A DNA stretch of 64,000 bases. Source: Paecilomyces variotii (taxonomy: Eukaryota). Made by a program: the position numbers and the translations under genes. The stretch lies in the NCBI GenBank assembly GCA_004022145.1, contig RCNU01000001.1, one strand, 5' to 3'. A model generated the notes under the pieces. That model saw nothing but the letters and a program-made list of their open reading frames with translations, had not been told where the DNA came from and ran no database searches. The number at the start of each line of letters is the position of its first letter. Within the stretch, counting starts at the first letter, position 1. This document shows positions 35,256-47,321 of this stretch, piece after piece.

Positions 35256-37801
35256 TTATCCCTCCATGTCGACATCCTCTTCATCTTCGTCATCAGTATC
35301 CGGTTCAATATTCAAGGCTGGCAGTTCGTCATCACTGTCTTCATCATCTTGGGTAGCGGCAGCTCCGCCTTGAGCTCCCGTGGCTTCAAACCTGGTAGCA
35401 ACGGATGCAGGGACGGAGACACTAGGGTTAGACACAGATGGAGCGGAAGGCCCAGATACTGAAGGAGCAGTAGCCGGCGTTGCACTAGCCTCTGACAGGG
35501 TTACCGGAACTGTTGCAGCGGCACCTTTATCAGTGGCTACGATGCTTGATGCGGCAGGGGTTGGAAATGTCCGTTCAAGAAGTGTTGGTGCATTGGCGGA
35601 TTCGAGACGCATTTTCTTTGACTCCCCGTTGGTGATGGCGGAGGGTCTGGGTGCGTCAGTTTCCATGGCGTCTCCAGGGTACGTCCTCTTGCTATGAGCG
35701 TTTATCAGGTCTTGCGCAACTTCAGCTTCGACAGCTACTTGGTTGTGGGAAGCTGGGAGGAAGCGATCAAGGGTGTCTGTTGCGGGTCTGGCAGCTTCAT
35801 ATTTTGGTGCAGTGACCTCATCTTCTTCCTCATCTTCTCCGTCGATCATGGACATGTTTCTCTCGGGACCGCCGAGTAGGACGGGCATTCTAGGTCGCAG
35901 GAGCCCTTCGACTTCTAGTTCAGCACTATACTCTCTGGCCAAGAATGGCATGATGCTTGGGTTTGCTCTCCGGCCCTTAACGACAGGAACTGGGTTGAGG
36001 ACACTAGCCAGCATGGCTTCCTTGTTTTGCGTTAGGATCACTGTCCGGTCAATCTCAGCCCGTAGTGGTGGAGGTACATGCTCAGCAGGGAGCCAGACGA
36101 GTAAGACTGTCAGAAGTCGAGAAGCAGCGAGTTGAAGACCTTGAACTGATGCAATGTCTCGGAGTTGTTGGATCTTTCTGACGTCTGCGTTCAAGAAAGC
36201 ATCGGCATTCAAACTACCCTGCTTAGACTTCGATTTTCCTTTCGACTCCGACTGTTGGTTTTGCGCAGATTGTGTATCGACACTTGATGGGAGGAGGTCT
36301 TGGCAGCAAGTCCTGATCAGCGGACTGAGAGTAGAAATATGTTGTTTCCTCATTGAGCGGCCGACCAAGGGAAGCAGGCGGTACAGCAGTGCGTACAATG
36401 CGGTGCGGACGTCTTTGTTGAATTTCTCCGAATCGAAAATCCAGAGCGCCTGCTCCAGCATGTTCTGGGCAACGGGTACCACACCCGTCTCCAACAAGTC
36501 GACCACCGTCATGAAAAGCTCCAGGCAAGCAACATGGATGCGAGGGAGTTCACTCCAGAGGCTTTCACGTTCATCTCGGCCAATCTGTGGATTCAGCTGC
36601 ACAGTACTCTCAAGTGTGTCTTTTCCTTCTGGGGGCACTGTAACAGAGGCCAGCCTAGATGTTAAGTCCAGTATTGACCCCAGAGGGATATTCACAGTAG
36701 CTGCTGTCCGCGTCGAGATAAAGCCAGAAAGAAGATGTAGTAGATTTGTCAGCCTGTCAGACCCAGCATGAATTCCTTGCCATCCTGGAAGACCCAGAGG
36801 ATCGGATTCCCAATCCCCAGCTTGTTGGCTGTAGTCATGGGGCCTTGCGACCTGTCGCAGAGTGGAATCGGTGGACTCCCATTGCTCGACGACAGCTCTA
36901 AAGGTGTAGTCGGCGGCTCTATGAGTGGAAGAGATCGTCAATCGGAGGGCTGCCTTCCATTCTTCACCGTGGGTATTTTTCGGGGCGCAGTTGTGAAGGG
37001 ATATGAACAGTCGATGTGCCAATCGGTTAACAGCTTCCGGGAAAGACTGGCCTGATGTTCCAATGATAGCGATGAGAAGGCTATGAATCTGAGCAGAGAA
37101 GGGACGCAGTACTGTCGGGTGTCTTGCGATCAGGTCTGTGAGAGCATGCAGGACGGTTTCGAGCAGCGACGCATTCGGCTTGAGCACTCTAGTCGGCTCC
37201 GACGTTGGTTTCACAGAGACGGCATTCAGACACGATGTGATAAAACCAGGCAGGGAGGGAGTAGTTATTTCTCGAACCAACGTCTGATATTGGTATGTAA
37301 GGTGGAATATCCGCGTCAACGTGATGATGCAAAGTTTCTTGGTCGATGTTGGGTCCGGTTTCTAAACAGATGGGCTTCAGCAAGCGGCTACTTGATAAAC
37401 GTGAAATCTGAAGTTGCGAGAGAGGGCCTGAAATATTAAAGACGACCAAATTCAGAAATACGCACCCCAAGCACGCTCAACAATCCGCGCACCCATGGCT
37501 CACATCCGCGCAGAATCTCCCATCGACCAGCTTCTATTGTGGCCTTCACCAAGATAACCGCCGTCCATCGTCCTTCAATACTGCGGTCCTGGAGCAAGCC
37601 CGTCAATCGAGTCTTGAGCTTGTGGACCTGGAGAGAAGCATCCGACTCCGATCGCGCATTATTCTGGGATTGAGGTGCAGAGAGGATATCAGCGCAGTCC
37701 CCCAAGGCTGTCGCAAGAAAAGCAGCAATCTGAGGCAGCTGATTCACGGGAGTCGTCGTTAATCGATGCGTCACGGCGCGAAGAGTGGTGAGGGACGCCA
37801 T
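35256..37801 (-). CDS. RIX1: Pre-rRNA-processing protein Rix1
   Basis: N-terminus LRAVTHRLTTTPVNQLP...HKLKTRLTGLLQDRSIEGRW, then QYQTLVREITTPSLP and HPTVLRPF, with an acidic C-tail. One intron at about 37384-37464. Confidence 0.85.
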
Positions 37802-38199
37802 TGAGACTTTGGGGTTTGAGATATCGCAGGATAATAGAAGTCGCCTGTGAAGGATCTTCTTTCTCCCCGTCTGAATGAAGAAAATTCCTCTTTCGCATCA
37901 ATCTGAAGCTCGACAAAGACCGCGGGGAAGAAAAAATATTGAGCACAGACCACCACAGCTGTGGTGTAACTTACAGTGTAATTTTGGTCACCGCATTACA
38001 CAGCGTTAGCGGTCACAGGCCGTCTGGGCGGTAATGATGATCATCCCGAGGCCAGTGAACCCGTTGGGGGATCTAGCAGGTGGTCAACTCGCTGCTTATG
38101 AGATGATCTAAGGGCCCCCGACCTTTCTGTGCGAGTATGGGCGTGAACGTCCCTGTCATTCCTGTCTAGAGTGCTGCCCCCGCAGACCAAACCAGGATA

Positions 38200-41100
38200 A
38201 TGAGTGTAAGTGTCCTCCCGGTGTGAACAATTGGCCTCCTTACGCGTCCTTAAACAGTGCATGGAGGGGAGCAACAACTGACATATGCAGCAGGGCAAAG
38301 ACAACGATAAGGCGCATCGCTATATCGCCGCCTTGGACGATGCACGCTGCCAAGATAGATGGAGTGAGATTCCAGAGTTGATTAGGAAAGTTACCAAACA
38401 TGCGCCGGAGAGGAAATGTAACACTATACTGTCCAATAATCCCTGTTGCTTGGACCGAACGCTAACTTGTGGTATGATTATTAGGTCTTCTACAGGTAGC
38501 CAGCGCAGAAAGCCAGGTAGTGGCTTATATCAACAGTCGACCTTCCACAGCAGCAACGTCGAATTCAGGGTCCGCATCTACCCAACTATCAGAATTGATA
38601 CCTACCCTTCTATCGGTCATTGAGGAAGCACAAGGGACACCGCAGGATGTCTTCCAGGCCCAGGTTTGTCTGGGATGGGTACACTGGGTGTTGTCAGAGC
38701 CGGCTTTGGCTGCTGCTCGCCTGCCGAAAGATTTCTATGCTACCGTACAGACACTCTCAGGAGAGGGTGAGGCACTGTCACCATGGACGGAGGTCTGCCT
38801 GGTGAAAGGGTGCTACATAAAGGGTAAGACTACTGGCAAACCAAAATGTATGTCCACTAGCTAACATGTAGCAGGTGCAGGCCAATCCATCGTGTCGACA
38901 GCCGATGAAGCGATGCAGACTTTCAGTTCTGTTCTACCCTGGCTCGCCGCCCTCAACCAGGCAACGACTTTCTCTCCACAGCTTCTTTTCTGGACCGAGA
39001 AGCTTCTAGCTAAAGCAGCATTAATATCAAGCGGAGAGGCCCAGGCTCAGGGGCCTGCCGCAAGCGAAAAGACCATCGAACTGGCTCTTAAGTCGTTTAG
39101 ACTGTGGTCCGCCCATCCTAATGTCAAATCTGAGTTGGCGCCTCAGAATGCATTTCCGGTAGAAGCACCGCTGCAGTCTTCCGTATGGAGGTCTTACTAC
39201 GATCTTCTTTCAGCAATCCTGCAAAGAGGCCTGGTCTATGTGCCTTCCTCAGAAGGATCAGCACGCCTCCAACTGGCCAGCGAATTCAGACGGGTAGAAG
39301 GTGTCTGTGAGAGCAATCTGCTGAAGGAAGTCAGATTCCCTGTTGCAAGCGCCAGAGCGCCGCAGGTAGAGGCATGGGTCGAACAGGTTATCGGAAATTG
39401 GGAAGTGCTCTGTGGCCCGGACTGGACGGATGAAGACCTTGGGGAAGGAGGTCAGAATGCACTAAGTAGGAATGTTGTCGATGTGAGTGTGAAAATACAG
39501 CAGACTAATGGCTGATCAGATGCACTAACTTCGTCTTCAGATCCTTTATCGTGCCGCTACCAAATCATACCATTCGCACCTGATCCTGCGACGCCTGTTT
39601 CACGTCCATTCTGCTCTGGCTGATTTTGACCTTGCTATGAAAGCTCTAGATTCGTATGTCGAGATTGTTCTGAGCGCGAAGGATAGAGCAGAGAAAGGCG
39701 CAGAGTTAGGAGAACTCGAAGATGAAGAAGTCCTGCTAAAGACTATCTCTGAAGGGGTCCTCATGCTGTGCTCACTAGGCGCTTTCAGCGAAGCTGAAAA
39801 GGCCAAGAAGCTGACTGAAATCCTCGTGGATTGCGTCGAGAAAGACCTCCGAGGAGAATCCCCAGGCAATAAACAACAAACTGTCTCCCCTCCTGTGATT
39901 GCTATGGCCTACAGGGCTATTGGCATCGGACTTGCAAATTGGGCGAGGTGGACTCCAGTCAACGAATCTCGTGATGACATCAGGGCTGAGGCCCTGGATA
40001 ACCTCGAGCGGAGCATCGCCCCGGAATGGGAGGATCAATTCAACATTTCGAGCTATTTTGCGCTGTCGTTGCTCTTGGCTGAAACTAGGGATCTCGATGG
40101 TGCAATTGACTGCGTCAAATCAGCATTGGCATGGAACAGCCAGTCCCTCAGCGAGCATGCTGTCATGGATTCAAAGAGGCTTTCCAGAGAGCGTGACCTA
40201 GTGCCTCTATGGCACCTGCTTGCGCTTTTGCTCAGTGCTAAACAAGACTTTGACATCGCGGGCCGCTCGTGCGAAGCAGCATTCGAGCAATTTCCAACCG
40301 CTGTGAACGCCTTCGGTCAGAATGGACGTTCTGTGGACCGAGACTCAGCCGGTTTTGCGAAGGTACTGATCGATCAGCTCAGCGGGCGAGAGAAAGAGCG
40401 CATAATTGAGACACGCATGACCCAGCTGGCGTTGGTTGAGGTCATGGACGGTGCTGAAGTTGCTCTTAACCGTAGTGATCAGTTATTGAGTCTTTTCGCT
40501 GCATTGTTTGGGGAGCACGATCTTGTCGAGAAGACTACCCCAACTACCCCGACGACACAAAATGGCACAAAGACGGAGCAGCTTGAGATACCCAAGACCT
40601 CTGCTGGTAGTGTCAGAAGCTTCCGTGGTAGCATATTTGGCCGAAAAAAGAATGCTCGACAACATGACAGTGCTGCTGACAATGACGGAGAGCGAAATCT
40701 GCCAACGCGCTCAGGAAGGTCAGGCTCTCTGCGGCACAGATTGCACAGACATGAGGACAGCAAGACCACCCACCCCGAGGCTCAGCACCAGAATTTGAAA
40801 GAAACTAATGGTGTTGGACCGATTGAGCCCAAGCAGGGCGCCGAACAGCCACAGTCTCCGGAGACGGTAGGCATTGCAGTTTCAGATCACGCCCCCTCGC
40901 CCTCCTCTCCTCAAAATGAAAAGCAAAGCTCAACGCAACCCCTGCCGCCGGTTGCTCATAATATCAAGCACAAAGATCTGCCGCCGCCGGCAGGTCACGA
41001 AAAGCAACCTCCTGAACAGGATGTCCGATTGCCAATTTCTGACAGGTTCGACTCGCCTACGGGTGCAGTTATACGATTCCCTGCTGTGCAAGCACAGAAG

Positions 41101-41883
41101 CATGCCTTGGTGATTCTCGTCAAAATCTGGCTACTGATCGCTGGTCTCTACCGACGATCAGGGCTCTTCGAAGATGCCAGCGAAGCCTGCGAGGAAGCAT
41201 CGAAGCAGGCTGCTCGGTTTGAGGCGTTGGTCGCATCCCAGGAATTCTCTGCAAAGAAGTTCTCTGAGCGTACCTGGGGAACCGGCAAGAGCTCTGAGGA
41301 ACTCTGGGGAGACGTCGAAGCTGAACGGGGTGCGATCTCCCTCGCTCAGGGGCTTCCACACGAAGCAATTAGCCATCTTGAGAGTGCTTTGATGCGCTTC
41401 CCGGACCATCCCAAGGCAACTATCTTGTTAGGGAATTTGCTTCTCGATATATGGGACAACAAAATCCCAGCGGAACCACGATCTCCCAGCCTCCAACCCG
41501 ACTTCGCTGACCTGTCACTTTCCGATTATGTGAAGCTTCCGGGTGCTTCTGAAAAGAGTGGCAAAAAGCCTTCATCTTCTTCTGATGGATACGCGCAATC
41601 CAAGCAGACACCTCAGCGTGACATTCAGCCAGCCGAAAAAGATACCCCTCAGATCCTTAGCCGCCTTGCTGCTCGCGACAGAGCCTATATGCTGGTCTCC
41701 ACGCTAACCAAGTTGGGCACGTCGTGGGATAACTCTGAGGCGTGGTTTACCTTGGCCAGAGTCTACGAGGCCGGAGATCAGCTCGAAAAGGCAAAAGAGG
41801 TATTGTGGTGGGTTGTTGAGTTAGAAGACCGAAGACCCGTCCGGCATTGGTGGGATCTGGGCTCCGGTGGTTACGTGTTGTAG
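38200..41883 (+). CDS. YPP1: TPR-rich Ypp1/TTC7-like (Rhf1 'filamentation') protein, multi-exon with a 6-nt first coding exon
   Basis: ATGAGT|GTAAGT at 38200. Motifs KAHRYIAALDDARC...RKVTKHAP, ILYRAATKSYHSHLILRRLF, WHLLALLLSAKQ and LTKLGTSWDNSEAWF...ELEDRRPVRHW. Confidence 0.8.
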
Positions 41884-42160
41884 GATTGTACATATCGTTG
41901 GCATTTTACCTCTTTACTGTTGGACTGCTTTATTGTCCCCGGGTTACTATTGTCGAAGGTGCAGCTTTTTGATTCCAGGTCCTCGCTGCATATAGAGAGT
42001 TATTTATGGAAAATCGAGCGAAAGCGGATACCATAGTTTGTCCGTAGCGTTTAGTGAAATTGATCTAGCAGTCGCACATATATACAAGTTCTCCAACAAA
42101 CCTCAGCAGCCAGGGCACTCTGTGAGTGTAGAACGGAATGGACGCCTCTTGAGGGAAAAT

Positions 42161-42985
42161 CTATCGCTCAGCAGCGACAGGAGTCCAGGCCTCAATCTTC
42201 GGCCGCGTACTGGTCACACTGTCAGTCTATCCCTGCAAGCATAGCGCCATTGACACCATAGCCGAGGGAAACTTACGTCGAGTACGTCTTGTAGGCAGCA
42301 CGGCTGAGGGTGAGGTTAGGCCTGTGCTCAGGCAATTCCCAAGCACGGATACCAGTCTGCATGACTCTGTCTACGGTTGGGGGAGCGTCAACCATGTAGG
42401 ACAGCCAAGCGTGCCTATGAAAGGTACCAGATCAGCATTCCGGCTCAAATTCGACAAATCGACTTCCGATGCAGAGCGTAGGGGGAGTCCTCACCAGCCA
42501 GGCTCAATCTGGGAGGGGTCGTATTCCTTCTGCTTGTAGTCGACCCATCGTGTCCGGACTAAGTTCACCCATATCAGCTCACGGAACTGCCAAGTCAATT
42601 CGACTCCCCTCAGTCTGCTACTTACGAGGAAGCTCCTCCTCGAAGTTCTCGTAGTACTTGTTGCCGTAGCGGTCGGTCGCAATCAAGGTACCGGCCTTGG
42701 TATCACCTGTCGCATCCGTCAGTTTGGGGGGCTGTCCAGAGGGACCAATTCTCCAACAGACTAACCGATGTACTGTATTTATCGCAGACAGAGCTCGCAG
42801 TTAACCCTCCTGTTTCAATTGACACGATATCCGTCAGGCGCTTGCGCATGAACATACCTGCATTTGGTGGCCATATTCCTGTAGAAGACGGGCGTTAGCA
42901 ATGATTAACCGGTACTGAACGGGAACAGTCGAACCTTGAGGCCAATCCTTCTCAGGTTCCGCAGCGTACGGAGAATAGTCGACAT
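42161..42985 (-). CDS. NADH:ubiquinone oxidoreductase subunit NDUFA12 (B17.2/N7BM), 7 exons
   Basis: Hand-spliced product: MSTILRTLRNLRRIGLK/EYGHQMQ/YIG/DTKAGTLIATDRYGNKYYENFEEELPL/RTRWVDYKQKEYDPSQIEPGW/HAWLSYMVD...PNLTLSRAAYKTYST/TRPKIEAWTPVAAER*. Confidence 0.9.
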
Positions 42986-43257
42986 CTTCGCGGTGTGTGC
43001 CCTTGAATGTGTCGTTCGACGGAGAGAGTCGTGAAGTCGTCACGGAAGCAGTCGAGCCAGAGCGGGATTGCAGGGCCGCCCGATCGGGTATAGCGTGATA
43101 TCGGATTTGTTATGTTTGCAGTGATTGGCCAGAGATCCGCCGCGCGCAAGATAGAGTATGGTAGATTGGTTAGCGCGCATATCGTTTCGAAGATCGAGAT
43201 CAATAATGGGTTGTATGTAGACCGTCTTCTGATCGAGAAAGAAACTGGTCTGGGAAC

Positions 43258-44978
43258 ATGATGCTCTGCCGAATTGGAGGACACAGCTTTCGCTGCTCAG
43301 CACGGCGGTCCGTTGCTACAAGAGGCAAGCTTGCGGGTCGCAAATTCTCAGTCTATACCAGCTCCAACGCGGCTGCTCCTTCGACTGCGTCGCCATTAGG
43401 CGGGCTGACGGTCGAATTGGACCGTATCGCGCCTCGGTTTGAAGTGTCTGCCTCTCAGATCACAATCCTTGACTCTCCAAGCTCTTTCTACCAGACGTTG
43501 AAGGTTTGTCGCGAGATCACGATGGCAATGGCTCTGGACAGGACTAATTGGTTTCTATTGGCAATAGGATAAGATACGACATGCGAAGCGGCGCGTCTAT
43601 CTATCTACTTTGTACATTGGGAAGACGGAATTCGAACTCATTGAAACGCTCGACCAGGCGCTTGGCGAAAACCCACGGCTGCAGGTTTCCATTCTGACCG
43701 ATGCTCTGAGAGGAACTCGCGAAACACCCAACCCATCATGCGCGTCACTGCTCGTTTCATTAGTATCGAAATACGGGGCAGATCGAGTGGAAATACGAAT
43801 GTTCCATACACCCAACCTTACTGGTCTGAGGAAAAAATGGGTACCACGAAGGATAAACGAGGGTTGGGGCCTGCAGCACATGAAGCTATATGGCATTGAT
43901 GACGAGATTATACTTTCTGGGTGTGAGCTCCCGTTTGCATAACATACTTGATACTAGCTAATTCTTCTGGTCCAGAGCAAATCTCTCGGATGATTACTTC
44001 ACCAACCGCGTCGACAGATATCATGTCTTCAACTCCAAAGAGCTAACGAATTACTACGCCCGCATCCACCATGCAGTCTGCAGTCTTAGCTTTCAGATCT
44101 TACCAGATCCACACAGTAACGCAGGATACCTGATGGATTGGCCGGCTGCGAACATGGGACCTTCGCCACTGGATGATCCAGAAGATTTCATATCCTGCGC
44201 GTCGGCAGTTCTGCACCCTCTCATACAACCATCCGACTCGAAGTCACTCGTCTCCTCGAATTCCTCAAAACCGACATATGTATACCCTGTAGCGCAGTTT
44301 ACGCCGCTACTAAAACCCGATTCATCTACCGAATTTCCAGCAGTGACGACGATTCTCAGCCTTCTCACAAAATCCCCTTCCCTGGCCAATTCTCGCTGGC
44401 TTTTTACGGCCGGCTATTTCAACATCCATCCTGTGCTATCCTCCCTTTTGATAGCAAGCACATCCTCGACCCCTCAAGCACCCTTTCAGACACAGGGAAC
44501 TGTCCTCACGGCATCACCCTGGGCTAACGGCTTCTACGGCTCTCCCGGAATTTCCGGCATGCTGCCAGCAGCTTACACTCATCTCTCTGCACGCTTTCTC
44601 GATAGGGTCGCAGAAGCTCAGAGGACTAACTCAATTCAGCTCAAGGAGTGGCGTCGCGGAACAGTAGGTGAACCCGGTGGCTGGACCTACCACGCCAAGG
44701 GTCTCTGGATCACACTTCCCAAGGAAGAACACCCCAGCTTAACCTTCGTTGGAAGCAGCAACTACACGAAACGCTCTTACAGCCTCGACCTGGAAGTTGG
44801 AGCGCTAGTAGTTACAGAAGATGAAGCCTTGAAGAAGCGACTAGGTGAAGAAACACAATGGCTGCAGCAAGATGCGCAGCCCGTGTCGAGAGAAGATCTG
44901 AGGAGAACAGAAAGGAGAGTTGGATGGAACGTCCGACTCGCCATGTGGATTGTGGAGAAAGTGGGAGGTGCATTGTGA
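43258..44978 (+). CDS. PGS1: Mitochondrial phosphatidylglycerophosphate synthase (PLD family), 3 exons
   Basis: Motifs LSTLYIG, DALRGTRE, GLQHMKLYGIDD (HKD-like), ANLSDDYFTNR, WTYHAKG and VGSSNYTKRS. Confidence 0.92.
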
Positions 44979-45298
44979 TAAAAGAAACAAGGCATAGACA
45001 AACCATTGGTTACATATTTGTACAGTATATACGTCGATAGCAACATCTAGATGCTAACTTAGTTGTATGATACACATTCGTATAGTTACTCGGGCTGGAA
45101 TAGAGAGACATACTATCTTTCTTCGAGAACAAGACCATGGTATATAATCAAAGCTAATGAGGGTAATACTGCATCATGATCTAAAAACCATAAACAAAAA
45201 GAAAAACCGAACAGATGCATTCCGGAAAATAGAAAAAGAAAAACGCCTCGGACCCTTTTTGGTTCACGTTGATGGTCGTCGAATTCATTCAATTTACT

Positions 45299-46822
45299 TC
45301 AAGCATTGCCAGAAATTTTCCCAGGGATTCTGGCTGGACCCAAGCCCTGCCTGACCTCATCCAGCATCTTGATACCAATTGCTTCGTTTCCGTTCTTGCC
45401 TCTCTTTGCCTTTGCGCCTTTCCTCCGGGTTTCCTTGGAGCGATCGGTCCATCCGGACAGGAAACTGTCCATGACTTCGTCAAAGTCACTGCGTAGAGGG
45501 ACGTTTCCGCTCTGGGAGACGAAGCTGGGAGCCTGGGAGACACCCGTCGCGCCAGTCATGCCGGTCATGCCGCTGACGACAGACATGCCATCTTCGTATT
45601 CTTCGCCTTCCTCATCTAGAGCGTAGAGAGCCTCTATCTTCTCGAATCGGTCGTCCAGGAGCCGCAGTCCTTCGGTACGAACAAGGGAAGAGGAGGTCAT
45701 GGAGTATGCGGAGGGGTTTGTCAAGGCACCCTTGCGCTTCTTCCTCCGGATGGGGGTGCCACCAACGGTGAACATGGTAGATGCAGCCGTTCGACGCTCA
45801 GACTCTGTTGGCGCTGCGGGGACGGCCTTGGACTTTGAGTCCTTCTTGAACTTGGCAAACTCGCGCATCCAATCCCCGTCTTCGGGCTTCATGTCGGGAA
45901 CGGGGGCATCTTCGCTGGGCAACTCCCCTGAGACCTCTTCATCGTGGGACGAGCTTGTCTGCGACTCTTGTTGTGGCCCTGACTCAGAGGTACTTTTCTG
46001 AACAGGGGCTTTCTCTGTAGCATCTGACTCCCAGCCATCGTCCTCATCTCCATTATCAAACAGGGAGTCTTCCCACTCTTCAGGGTCAACCTCCTCTCCT
46101 TCCTTCGTAAGGGCACCGAAAACATCTTCGTCATCCTCATCGACGTATGCTTCGTCCTCAAGAGCCTCCAACACCTCACGCAGTCGAGGGTCCATATCTG
46201 GCTTGAAACCCGCAATCGCATCGGGCACATCCTGTTGGTCCTGGTACGTAGGCTTTTTCACGTACGAGGAGGCAGTAGATCTGCCATCGTAGACAGAGCC
46301 ATATTCCGAACCATAGACACTAGCACCCCCAAACTCACTCCTGGAGTCATCAAGCGACAGACCGTCCCGGAGCGCGTCTTCGAGCTTCTTTCCCTTGCCC
46401 TTTGTTTTCGCCTGCGCAGCTTCGATGAAGTAAGAGTTTCCACCGCCACCGCCCAGTTCGCGCAGATGCTGCATGTAATCGTACTTGCTGTCATCGTAGA
46501 AAATTCCATAGTTCGCCGCTTCACCCTCATTCTTGCGGACACCTGAAGTGTCGATTTCTTGTTCGAGATCCGCGAGGTGCTTGATCGGCCTAGAGGAAGA
46601 GGACTCGCCTGATTCCGAGCCACCAGTGCGTGGCTTAGAGACTGGAAAGAGAATACGGTCTTGCGCCTCCGGATCGTGGATTAGCGGGTCATTTTGCGAT
46701 CGGTGGAAGAGCTGATAAGTCGTAGCAGACTTTTTATCGCTGGAAAACGAAGAGACAAATTAGCATCGGGGGAGAATGGTGGGTCGACGATCAACATACA
46801 TCCACTGCTTCTTCGGAGCCAT
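45299..46822 (-). CDS. LTV1: Low temperature viability protein Ltv1 (40S biogenesis), 2 exons
   Basis: MAPKKQWI/SDKKSATTYQLFHRSQNDPLIHD, NEGEAANYGIFYDDSKYDYMQHLR, GFKPDMDPRLREVLEALEDE and SMTSSSLVRTEGL-LLDDRFE. Confidence 0.92.
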
Positions 46823-47321
46823 CTTTGCGTATTGAACAACCCTTCAATTCTCTAGTTGGACGTTTGGTGTCTCTGGTCCATCAGGAAATAATTTCATTTT
46901 TCGGAGTGGGATGTTCAATATGCAGTCACGTGAGGTGTTATCTTATCGGCATTTTTTCTACAAGAAAAACTACGCACAACGGGCACATTCGGTAAATCGA
47001 AGAACATGACGACAAGTAATAGAATGGGTGGATTGATCAGATATCATATATATATCATGTCAATTATAGATTATCATATGCAGTTTATCTATCAACAAGC
47101 CTCCAAGCAACTGAATTGAATCGAATTCCGGATGGGGACTGGCATGGCTGACTAATTTCGTTATCTTATCCAGTGGGGAGGGGAAGTTCAGATTTCAAAT
47201 TCACCACTTATTTTGCCTCCGCGCCCTGTCCACATTTGCCGGAGAGCACAACCATCGATTCTTTCCCAAAGGACACTGAGAACCAGACAATTGCAGGTGA
47301 TAGAATCGTCCATCAGTCACC
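46823..47321. promoter_or_regulatory. Bidirectional promoter between LTV1 and LSG1
   Basis: Head-to-head starts 499 bp apart. GTCACGTGA (Cbf1/E-box-like) at 46925-46933. Identical GTTATCTTATC (tandem GATA) at 46937-46947 and 47160-47170. Confidence 0.55.
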
